Positions 55,954 through 64,000 of a stretch of 64,000 nt of DNA are shown one piece after another. Origin of the DNA: an uncultured Deferribacteres bacterium (GTDB taxonomy: Bacteria; Zhuqueibacterota; Zhuqueibacteria; Zhuqueibacterales; Geothermadaptataceae); the NCBI GenBank assembly GCA_964014485.1, contig CAXHAT010000008.1:11892-75891 (forward strand), written 5' to 3'. The notes beneath the pieces were generated by a model. It worked only from the letters and a program-made list of their open reading frames with translations. It did not search any database and was not told where the DNA came from. How positions within the stretch are numbered: position 1 is the stretch's first letter; each line of letters starts with the position of its first letter. Made by a program: the position numbers and the translations under genes.

Positions 55954-56985
55954 ATGAATTCCACTCCCATTAGAACGACCGTCGTCGGTAGTTACTCCAT
56001 GCCAGGCTGGCTGGAATTTGCTAGCCAAAATCTAAATCAATTCGGCAAAAAAGATATTGAAGAAATGCAGGATGACGCTGTCATAGCAGCAGTCCATGAT
56101 CAAGTTGCCGCAGGCCTCGACGTGATCACGGACGGCGAGCAAACGCGCCTGGATTTCAACTTGTCATTTTATGGATTTTTGGAAGGCACTGAGTTGGAGT
56201 CCGAGAGTCCGCGCAAATGGGGGCCTCCGGCGCACGATCAACGGGGGAAACACAAAATCATCGGCGAAATCGCAGCGCCGCGCGGGCTTGGCGTTGTTGA
56301 AGAATTCGAAAGACTCAAACGCTTGGCGCCGTCAGGCCCGACCTTGAAAGCCAGCGTTCCCGGCCCGTTTACCATGACCGGCAGGTTTTTGCCGAACGCG
56401 CAATATCCGGATCGTTACGCCATGACGGAAGCGCTCATCCCCATCGTTCAAAAAGAGTTGGAAAGTCTCGTCGCGGCGGGATGTCAGGAATTGACGGTCG
56501 ACGAGCCTTCGATGAGCTGCTACGCCTGGAAAGAAGACACAAAGCGATTTGTCGATATTTTCAATCGCACCGTTGAGCCTGTCGTTGGCAAATGTCGTCT
56601 GTCGACGCATCTCTGCTTTGGTAATTACAAAGGCCATCCGGTCGGCTACAGACGAATCTCGCCGATGCTGCCGGATTTTCTTGATTTCAAGGTAGACGAG
56701 ATTCACGTTGAAATGGCGAATCGCGAATTCACAGAGATTGAGTTGATCGCGGAATTCGCCAAACGGATGGATGTCGCCGTCGGCGTCGTGGACGTCAAAA
56801 GTTATTACATCGAATCCGTCGACGATATTGTCGCGCGAATCAAGTTGTGTCTGGAGCATGTTTCGCCGGAAAAACTCTCAGTGGCCCCGGACTGCGGCCT
56901 GAGTCAGACCGCGCGCTGGGCGGCGAAGAAGAAGCTGCATAACATGGTCGCAGGAGCCCAAAAAGTGCGTAGTGAGCTGCAATGA
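55954..56985 (+). CDS. Single-barrel MetE-like (cobalamin-independent methionine synthase II family) Zn enzyme
   Basis: TTVVGSY, GLDVITDGE.TR, PGPFT, VDEP; Zn ligands HLC, E (IHVEM) and PDCG. Confidence 0.85.
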   Translation: MNSTPIRTTVVGSYSMPGWLEFASQNLNQFGKKDIEEMQDDAVIAAVHDQVAAGLDVITDGEQTRLDFNLSFYGFLEGTELESESPRKWGPPAHDQRGKHKIIGEIAAPRGLGVVEEFERLKRLAPSGPTLKASVPGPFTMTGRFLPNAQYPDRYAMTEALIPIVQKELESLVAAGCQELTVDEPSMSCYAWKEDTKRFVDIFNRTVEPVVGKCRLSTHLCFGNYKGHPVGYRRISPMLPDFLDFKVDEIHVEMANREFTEIELIAEFAKRMDVAVGVVDVKSYYIESVDDIVARIKLCLEHVSPEKLSVAPDCGLSQTARWAAKKKLHNMVAGAQKVRSELQ

Positions 56986-57027
56986 TGAACGCCGTTCTGA
57001 TGCAAGCGGTGCCATGAAATCAATTCC

Positions 57028-58362
57028 TTAAACGAATTGGTTAATTAAGCACTCAAACAACTCTTGTTTCCCGCTCCTTTGTTTTGGTTCGCCGTTTTTC
57101 ATGGCGTAATCCCGTAAATCTTCCAGAGAAAGATTCCCCGCTTCGAATTCCGCTCCGGTCCCGGAATCATAAGAAGCATAACGCTCCGTGCGCCAATGAC
57201 GATAATCCGAGTTTTCCAAAATATCATTGGCGATCAGGAGCGCTCTTGCGAACGCGTCCATGCCGCCGATGTGAGCGATAAATATGTCCTCAAGATCGGT
57301 TGAATTGCGCCGCGTCTTGGCGTCAAAATTCACCCCGCCAGTTTTGAACCCGCCCGCTTCGAGAATGACGAGCATCGTCTCGGTCAATTCGTACAAATCC
57401 ATCGGAAACTGATCCGTATCCCAACCGTTTTGATAATCGCCTCGGTTCGCGTCGATGCTGCCCATCACGCCCGCGTTCGCTGCAACTTGCAGCTCGTGCT
57501 GCATGGTGTGACTGGCTAGCGTGGCGTGGTTGACCTCAATGTTGAGTTGAAAATCGCCCAATAAATCGAATTCTCGCAAAAAGCCAATCGTCGTCGCGGC
57601 GTCAAAATCGTACTGATGCTTCATCGGCTCCATCGGTTTTGGCTCAATCAGAAACGTGCCTTTAAATCCGTTCTTACGAGCGTAATCTTTTGCCATGTGA
57701 AAGAATCGCGCGATGTGCTCTTGTTCGCGCTTCATGTCGGTGTTCAGAAGCGACATGTAGCCTTCGCGTCCGCCCCAGAAAACGTAATTCTCACCGCCAA
57801 GCGCGATGGTCGCATCTAAAGCGTTTTTCACCTGCGTTCCGGCGTGGCACAAAACATGAAAATCCGGGTTGCTTGCCGCGCCGTTCATATAGCGGATATT
57901 GGAAAAAACATTGGCCGTTCCCCAAAGAAGTTTGACTCCCGAAGCCGCCTGCTTTTCTTTTGCATACTCCACGATGGCGTGCAAACGTTTCTCGGACTCT
58001 GTGATGGAGTCCGCTTCATCGACCAGATCATAATCATGGAAGCAGTAAAACGGAACGCCCAACTTTGTGATAAATTCAAATGCAGCGTCCATTTTGTCGC
58101 GGGCGCGCTCAACCGCATTGCTTTTTGACATCCAGGGGAAGGATTTTGTCCCCCCTCCAAAAGGATCTGCGCCGTCATTACAGAACGTGTGCCAATAACA
58201 AACGGCGAACCGAAAATGGTCGCGCATTGTCTTGCCCGCCACAACGCGATTTTCGTCGTAAAATTTAAATGCCAGCGGGTCTCGCGACTCTTTGCCTGCA
58301 AATTGGATTTTTGAGATGTTGGGGAAAAACGCTTTATCGCCGGTGGTGACGGATGTGCTCAT
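57028..58362 (-). CDS. xylA: Xylose isomerase (class II)
   Basis: [60 protein letters not shown]. Confidence 0.96.
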   Translation of the reverse strand: MSTSVTTGDKAFFPNISKIQFAGKESRDPLAFKFYDENRVVAGKTMRDHFRFAVCYWHTFCNDGADPFGGGTKSFPWMSKSNAVERARDKMDAAFEFITKLGVPFYCFHDYDLVDEADSITESEKRLHAIVEYAKEKQAASGVKLLWGTANVFSNIRYMNGAASNPDFHVLCHAGTQVKNALDATIALGGENYVFWGGREGYMSLLNTDMKREQEHIARFFHMAKDYARKNGFKGTFLIEPKPMEPMKHQYDFDAATTIGFLREFDLLGDFQLNIEVNHATLASHTMQHELQVAANAGVMGSIDANRGDYQNGWDTDQFPMDLYELTETMLVILEAGGFKTGGVNFDAKTRRNSTDLEDIFIAHIGGMDAFARALLIANDILENSDYRHWRTERYASYDSGTGAEFEAGNLSLEDLRDYAMKNGEPKQRSGKQELFECLINQFV

Positions 58363-58464
58363 CGCAGAGCTCCTTTTTTGATAGAAACGAATGGAATTTT
58401 GGAGAAACAGGATTCACTACCTGACACTTTTTACAGGCATCTGAAGCTGGCGAACAAGGCCGGA

Positions 58465-58559
58465 TTTGTCATGCTGTAAGCATCTTTTTTGATCCAATCC
58501 TTGAACTTTTGGGCATGATTTATATTGGGCGATAACAAAGATTCCTTCAGAATGACAAA
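58465..58559. repeat. Degenerate GTCAT...GAATGAC element
   Basis: TTTGTCATGCTG...CAGAATGACAAA. Confidence 0.45.
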
Positions 58560-58731
58560 ACGAGGCCTTTCGACGACTCGAAAATGAAGTTTATAAAAAG
58601 TGTCAGGTAGAGAGGAAACACGATAATTGCGACCGGCATAAATTCAAAAAAGATTCGAACGCGGCTGGCGTCAAACTTGTTTAGTCGGGAGTGCAATTGT
58701 TTCCGAAGAATGATAACGAAAGGAATTCGAC

Positions 58732-59088
58732 ATGAAATCATTCACACAAAAACTGACTCTACGATTTTTGTTCGTGCTGGCTGCTTTGGCGTTTCTTGCT
58801 TTTTCGAGCGAGAATGAGAGTAGTCTTGTTCAAATTTCAGGCGAAATTCGCCCAGTGGAATGGAACTCCGATCATGAAGTGCTCACCATCGCCATCGTCC
58901 GTCCGCTTGAAAACGCTGACGATGATGAAATTGACGAGGAAGAATTTGTGATTGAAAACGACGAAATCGGCGGCAAGCTGTTTTCAGAAATCGGCAGCCG
59001 CATTGACGCAAGCGGCGAAATCTATCTGGACGTCGACGGTGAAAAGGTCATCCGGATTAAGTCATACACGTTGAACGGCGAACGCTAA
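58732..59088 (+). CDS. Small acidic exported protein, possibly OB-fold
   Basis: AAGGA RBS, signal peptide, beta-rich acidic mature domain. Confidence 0.6.
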   Translation: MKSFTQKLTLRFLFVLAALAFLAFSSENESSLVQISGEIRPVEWNSDHEVLTIAIVRPLENADDDEIDEEEFVIENDEIGGKLFSEIGSRIDASGEIYLDVDGEKVIRIKSYTLNGER

Positions 59089-59364
59089 AGAGCCCATTGC
59101 CTTTCTTCTAACGCCTCCCCCCTAACTTTCGGTTAATCGTTTGATTAGTCGATCATTTCATACATAAAAAGTTTGAGCAACGAGACGACGACGCTTCTTG
59201 ATTCCCGAGAGCGCCGTCGTTTTGTTATTCGCTACGGGATTTTCCGCCAGCCTCCCAGCATTCCTTAAAATAGTATTTTTAGAATAGCGTGACAATTTGA
59301 TAATCCTTATTTTCTTTCTAACAATGTGGAGAACCGCTTTTATCAAGCATAAAGGAATCGAGTC

Positions 59365-59634
59365 GTGATTTCACAAAATGACAAGGCGAAAATTCTGGAT
59401 ATTGCCGAAAAATATCATGCTAAAAAAGTCATTCTTTTTGGATCAAGCAGCGATCCTTTGAAAGAAAGTAGTGATATCGACTTGGCTGTTGAAGGGATCC
59501 CTCATGCAGAATTTTTTAAATTTTACAGTGACTTGATCTTTAGCCTCTCAAAGCCAGTCGATCTTGTCGATTTAACCAGAAATAACCGTTTCAACAAGAT
59601 CGTTGCTGAAGAAGGACTTGTGTTGTATGGCTGA
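59365..59634 (+). CDS. Minimal nucleotidyltransferase antitoxin (MntA-like)
   Basis: LFGS...SDIDLAV, PVDLVD. Confidence 0.85.
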   Translation: MISQNDKAKILDIAEKYHAKKVILFGSSSDPLKESSDIDLAVEGIPHAEFFKFYSDLIFSLSKPVDLVDLTRNNRFNKIVAEEGLVLYG

Positions 59635-60055
59635 TTTGCGCGCGAAAGTGGAAGCCGAGTATGAACAAATTGAACTAGTGCTTAAAGAGACGCCGACCCG
59701 CGTTGAACTGCCAAATTTATCAATTTTGGAATTGGCTGGAGTAGCAACACTTCTACACAACTTCTATAATGGCGTCGAAAACATTCTAAAACAAATTTTC
59801 ATTGCGCATGAGATTCCTTTGCCGGTTGGAGCATCCTGGCATAGAGATTTGTTAAATAATGCCTTCGATAACAGCGTAATTACCATCGAGACTCAAAACA
59901 GTTTAAGAGAATTTCTTGCCTTTCGTCACTTTTTTACCCACGCATACGCTTTGGATTTATATCCGGAAAGAATGGAGCCTCTGGTAGAAAGGTGTGAAGA
60001 AGTGTACATATCTTTTCGGAGCGAAATCGACAGCTTACTCAAAAATCGAAGATAA
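59627..60055 (+). CDS. HEPN ribonuclease toxin (HepT-like)
   Basis: LHNFYNGVE, WHRDLL, RX4HXY motif FRHFFTHAY; overlaps the MNT gene by 8 nt. Confidence 0.85.
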   Translation: MADLRAKVEAEYEQIELVLKETPTRVELPNLSILELAGVATLLHNFYNGVENILKQIFIAHEIPLPVGASWHRDLLNNAFDNSVITIETQNSLREFLAFRHFFTHAYALDLYPERMEPLVERCEEVYISFRSEIDSLLKNRR

Positions 60056-60826
60056 ATGTTACTAGACCTCATAGACACCCACGCCCATTTGCAATGGCAT
60101 AAATTTGATGACGACCGCGACGAAGTCATCGCCCGGGCCGCTGATGCAGGCGTGACCAAAATCGTCACGTTGGCGACTGATTTGGCTTCGAGTCGCCGCG
60201 TTTTGGAATTGGCCGAACAATACGAGATGGTTTACGCTGCAGTTGGCATTCATCCGACAGATGCGGCGCAGGCGGGAGTGAACGATTTGAACGAAATCCA
60301 AAAACTCGCCGCGCATCCAAAAGTCGTTGCCATCGGCGAAACCGGGATGGATTTTTATTGGGACAAAACCACCGGCGAAATACAGGAAAAAAGCTTTATC
60401 CGACAAATGGAAATGTCGGTTGAATTGAATTTACCGGTCGTCGTGCATAACCGCGACGCGGGCGCGGCGATTCTTTCCGCGCTGGCGAAAGTCCCGGATT
60501 TGCCGCTAAAAGGCGTTTTTCACTGCTTTGGCGAAGATTTGGTTTACGCCCAAAAAGTGATGGATCGCGGATTTTATATTTCTTTCACTGGAAACCTGAC
60601 TTACAAAAAAAGTGCGCTGCCCGAAATCGCCGGGCGGATTCCGCTGGATAAATTGCTTTTGGAAACCGATAGTCCTTTCCTGCCGCCGGTTCCAAAGCGC
60701 GGCAAGCGAAACGAACCGGCATTCGTCAAGTACATCGCGGAGAAACACGCCGAAATTCGCGGATGCTCGTTTGAAGACATTGCGCGTATAACTTCAAGTA
60801 ATGCGAGTCAACTGTTCAAGTTTTAG
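60056..60826 (+). CDS. tatD: TatD-family nuclease
   Basis: IDTHAH, GIHP, AIGETGMD, VHNRDA, FHCF, LETDSPFL.P, NEP. Confidence 0.93.
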   Translation: MLLDLIDTHAHLQWHKFDDDRDEVIARAADAGVTKIVTLATDLASSRRVLELAEQYEMVYAAVGIHPTDAAQAGVNDLNEIQKLAAHPKVVAIGETGMDFYWDKTTGEIQEKSFIRQMEMSVELNLPVVVHNRDAGAAILSALAKVPDLPLKGVFHCFGEDLVYAQKVMDRGFYISFTGNLTYKKSALPEIAGRIPLDKLLLETDSPFLPPVPKRGKRNEPAFVKYIAEKHAEIRGCSFEDIARITSSNASQLFKF

Positions 60827-60919
60827 AAGGAGTTCTTTTCACTCAACCATTCAAACTATGGAACCTCCGAGTAGCCAGTTGCGAGAAAGCGGCGGGATGT
60901 ACAAGTCTAAGCAGTTCTT

Positions 60920-60985
60920 GTCATTCAGGATGGATCTACTTGGCCCAATTCAAAGGTTAGGCCAAATAGATTCATCCTGAATGAC
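60920..60985. repeat. GTCATTC...GAATGAC palindromic element
   Basis: GTCATTCAGGATGGATCTA...TAGATTCATCCTGAATGAC. Confidence 0.7.
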
Positions 60986-61153
60986 CAATTAGTGAACGCC
61001 AAAGTGTTTCCATTTTTCCGCTAGTCAAGTCCTCGCTTTTCGCACGCCAATACAAAAATCAAAGAATCATCCTTTTTTCGTTTCACCTTTGCCTGAGTGC
61101 GTTTTGCGTATTTTTTTGCGCAGCCGGGCAATCTCTTTTTATTCGGTCATGCC

Positions 61154-61981
61154 GTGTTAGACCAATTGCAACAATTCCAGGCGCGTAAGGCGCTTGGACA
61201 AAACTTTCTGTTCGATGAAAACATCGTGCGCAAAATCGTCGCTGCGATTGCGCCGAGTCGGCAAGATTTTATCATTGAAGTCGGGCCGGGATTTGGCGCG
61301 TTAACGAAGTTTTTGCTGGAATCAAATTGCCGATACTTGGGAGTTGAAGTGGATAGCAGGCTTGTCCCGGAGCTCGAAGCAAAATTTGGCGAAAAGGAAA
61401 ATTTTACACTCAAAAATGAGGACTTTCTCAAGCTTGATCTCGGCGAAATCGCAAATCGAAACGACCGGGTAAGGATCATAGGCAACATTCCGTATCACAT
61501 CACCAGCCAAATCATTTTTAACGCTTTGGAAGCTCGCGGCGTGGTTAAGGATTTGGTTCTGATGATTCAAAGGGAAGTCGCGGATCGCATTGTCGCCGGA
61601 TCGGGAAACAAGACTTACGGCATTCTCTCGGTCGTCAGTCAGACATTTTCAACGCCGGAAATTCTGTTCAAAGTTTCTCGCAACGTCTTTATCCCAAAGC
61701 CGGATATTGAATCTGCGGTTGTGCGCTGGGATTTTTCCAGACCGTCGGCGAAATTGCCTGAGAACGACGACTTTTTCCGCAACGTTGTGCGAACGGTTTT
61801 TAATCACCGGCGGAAAACGTTGGCGAATACTCTGAAAAAATTTGTTGATCCGGCGCAATTTGGGCAGACGACCGGTTTGGATTTAAGAAGAAGGCCCGAA
61901 GAATTGACTGTTGAAGAACATGTTGAACTTAGCAATAAACTCATCCGCTTCAGGAAGGAACACCAGAGCAGGAGTCGATAA
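61154..61981 (+). CDS. rsmA: 16S rRNA m6,2A dimethyltransferase (KsgA)
   Basis: KALGQNFL.D, EVGPG.GALT, GNIPYHIT, MIQREVADR, RRKTL.N, RRPEEL. Start codon uncertain (GTG at 61154 or 61097). Confidence 0.93.
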   Translation: MLDQLQQFQARKALGQNFLFDENIVRKIVAAIAPSRQDFIIEVGPGFGALTKFLLESNCRYLGVEVDSRLVPELEAKFGEKENFTLKNEDFLKLDLGEIANRNDRVRIIGNIPYHITSQIIFNALEARGVVKDLVLMIQREVADRIVAGSGNKTYGILSVVSQTFSTPEILFKVSRNVFIPKPDIESAVVRWDFSRPSAKLPENDDFFRNVVRTVFNHRRKTLANTLKKFVDPAQFGQTTGLDLRRRPEELTVEEHVELSNKLIRFRKEHQSRSR

Positions 61982-61983
61982 AT

Positions 61984-63366
61984 ATGCACATTGAAGAACA
62001 GGATTTACACGAGTTGCTGGATGATCTCGGCTTTCTCATCGCCGAACGCCAGGACGCGAAACTGCGCAATATCATGCTCAGCATGCACCCTTCGGATATT
62101 GCCGAGCTTGTCGAACAGCTTGATAAAGATGAAGATCGCAGTTATTTGTTTAACTTATTGGACGCCGAGCGCGCCTCCGAAGCGATTCTTGAACTCGACG
62201 ACGTCACGAGAGAATCCGTCATCGAAGACATGGGCAATCGCCGCCTGTCCGAGCTTGTCGATGAGATGGCTTCCGATGACGCCGCGGACATCGTTTCGGA
62301 ACTGGACGAAGAAGATCAGGAAGAAATCCTTCAGCGCGTTGAAGACGAAGACGAACGCGAAGTTCGGCAGTTGCTTGAACACCGGGAAGACTCCGCCGGC
62401 GGGATTATGGCGCTGGAGATTGTCTCCGTCGCTCAGGAAAGCACGGTGGATCAGGCGATTGCAGAGATTCGCAACAAAGCGGATGAAATCGACGAGATTT
62501 TTTATGTTTATGTCGTGGATGACGACGGCAAATTGATCGGGCTGGTCAATGTCAAAGATTTGATTTTATCACGCGGCAAACGCCAGTTGCGAGAGATCAT
62601 GAGCGAAGATTTTGTCGCCGTCCCGGTGAAAATGGATCAGGAAGAAGTGGCGAACATCGCGCGCAAGTACGACCTGGTTTCCGTGCCGGTCGTCGATGAT
62701 CACGACCGTTTGCTCGGGCGCATCACTATCGACGATATCGTTGACGTGATGGAAGAAGAAGCGACGGAAGATTTTCACAAAATGGCCGGTCTAACGGATG
62801 AGGAGGAGGCGCGAGAAACATCGACGTACAAAATCGTTCGGACGCGGATTCCCTGGCTGGTTTGGGGCCTCGTCGGCGGACTGATCGGCGCCGGATTGAT
62901 GTCGCAGTACGAACATGCGCTGGAAAGAAAATTGATGTTGACTTATTTTGTGCCGGTGATCATGGCAATGGCGGGCAATATTGGCATCCAAAGTTCGGCT
63001 ATCGTTGTTCGCGGCCTGGCAACCGGAGAAATTGTTTATAACGACATTTTCAAACGATGTTGGCGCGAGATCAAGGTTGCGTTGCTAAACGGATTGATTT
63101 TGGCGATTTTGCTGTTCATCGTCGTGGCCGTAGGTTGGTATCACAAAGATCCGCAGCCTTTCACGGTTGGGTTTGTAATTGGCGCTTCCCTGCTGCTCGT
63201 TATCGTCGTCGCAGGCGCGATTGGCACGACGGTACCGATGATTTTGCGAAAAATGAATATCGATCCGGCGCTGGCGACCGGGCCTTTCATCACGACTTCA
63301 AACGACATCATCGGGTTGTTTATTTACCTGTCAATCGGGACATATTTTATTTTGGATGCTTTATAA
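61984..63366 (+). CDS. mgtE: Magnesium transporter MgtE
   Basis: HPSDIAE, CBS pair, GRITIDD, GNIGIQS, DPALATGPFITTSND. Confidence 0.95.
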   Translation: MHIEEQDLHELLDDLGFLIAERQDAKLRNIMLSMHPSDIAELVEQLDKDEDRSYLFNLLDAERASEAILELDDVTRESVIEDMGNRRLSELVDEMASDDAADIVSELDEEDQEEILQRVEDEDEREVRQLLEHREDSAGGIMALEIVSVAQESTVDQAIAEIRNKADEIDEIFYVYVVDDDGKLIGLVNVKDLILSRGKRQLREIMSEDFVAVPVKMDQEEVANIARKYDLVSVPVVDDHDRLLGRITIDDIVDVMEEEATEDFHKMAGLTDEEEARETSTYKIVRTRIPWLVWGLVGGLIGAGLMSQYEHALERKLMLTYFVPVIMAMAGNIGIQSSAIVVRGLATGEIVYNDIFKRCWREIKVALLNGLILAILLFIVVAVGWYHKDPQPFTVGFVIGASLLLVIVVAGAIGTTVPMILRKMNIDPALATGPFITTSNDIIGLFIYLSIGTYFILDAL

Positions 63367-63386
63367 TCGATGTGTGAGCGGAGAAT

Positions 63387-63917
63387 TTACTCCGTCTCTT
63401 TGAGCTTCTGCCTGATTGTGTCGGCTTGGATGTTGTAGTTGATTTTCGCTAGCGTGCGAGGAACGTTCCAGTCGAGTTGTTTTTGTTCCAGTTCTGCTCG
63501 TTTCAAGCGCTGGAATTCTTTGAGTAAATAGAGTTTGAACTCAGCGCTGAGCCACGAAGCGAATTCGAAGGCGATGTCTTGATGGGCGAAGGTTCCGCCG
63601 TATCTGCCGGAACTAACGGTCATGCCGATTGCATTGGTGGTCTCAATCCATTTTTTGGGTGAGAGAACGAAATAATTGTTTCCGGCCTCGTTTCTAAACC
63701 GGTCGAATTCGACCGGTTTAAAGTTTTCATTATTCAACTTTTCCCATAATCCGAGAAAATCGATAGTGCTTCTGGATCGAAGCCAGTTTTTGATAACGTC
63801 ATATGGAGCGTCCTTATTTTTATATTTTGCAATATCCGTTAGCGACAAATAATCTTTTTTCTCTTTGTCAATGATCGTGATCTCCGTGCCTTGAACATCG
63901 ATTTTTTGTTTATTCAT
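63387..63917 (-). CDS. KilA-N (APSES-like) DNA-binding protein, probably C-terminally truncated
   Basis: DYLSLTDIAK, NWLR.R.T..FLG.WE, GRYGGTFAH.DIAFEFASW.S.EFKLYL.KEFQRLK; ends shortly after RTLAKINY. Confidence 0.8.
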   Translation of the reverse strand: MNKQKIDVQGTEITIIDKEKKDYLSLTDIAKYKNKDAPYDVIKNWLRSRSTIDFLGLWEKLNNENFKPVEFDRFRNEAGNNYFVLSPKKWIETTNAIGMTVSSGRYGGTFAHQDIAFEFASWLSAEFKLYLLKEFQRLKRAELEQKQLDWNVPRTLAKINYNIQADTIRQKLKETE

Positions 63918-64000
63918 ATCGATACCCCCAACCCGGACAAGCCGAAACCAATCAGAAGCGATCATTCAATCTCATGACTTAACGCAGAGATGCAAAGGTC

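Overview
A mostly chromosomal, housekeeping and metabolic window from a diderm bacterium of roughly 50% GC. A YPNPFN-type secretion C-terminal domain, a TonB-dependent receptor and a Bacteroidota-type XylA suggest an FCB-group lineage such as KSB1 or Calditrichota; this placement is an inference. The window holds about 50 CDS, including menA-like, ECF sigma, sigma54 activator, dgt, an S55 peptidase with a beta-propeller partner, nrnA, a GTDC1/QTMAN-like glycosyltransferase, a two-permease RND pump, alaC-like, dapF, a FIST protein plus hybrid kinase, two EutN/CcmL pentamer genes, rdgB, xylA, an MNT-HEPN toxin-antitoxin pair, tatD, rsmA and mgtE. It also has four tRNAs (Pro-TGG, Arg-TCT, His-GTG, Glu-TTC) and several families of short palindromic or MITE-like intergenic repeats, some nested inside each other. 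I found no CRISPR array, rRNA, prophage, integrase or transposase. The best candidates for undescribed biology are: (1) an SDR-ROK-SIS-MetE-like sugar locus with DUF1080 and hydrolases; (2) two orphan microcompartment vertex genes coupled to rdgB and a small Zn-ribbon protein that may be related to bL38; (3) a bacterial homolog of the animal tRNA queuosine mannosyltransferase; (4) a NosP/NahK-like FIST-kinase-metallohydrolase-dapF operon; (5) an apparently circularly permuted SpoIVB-type protease paired with a propeller protein. All calls come from motif recognition by eye; no database searches were run.
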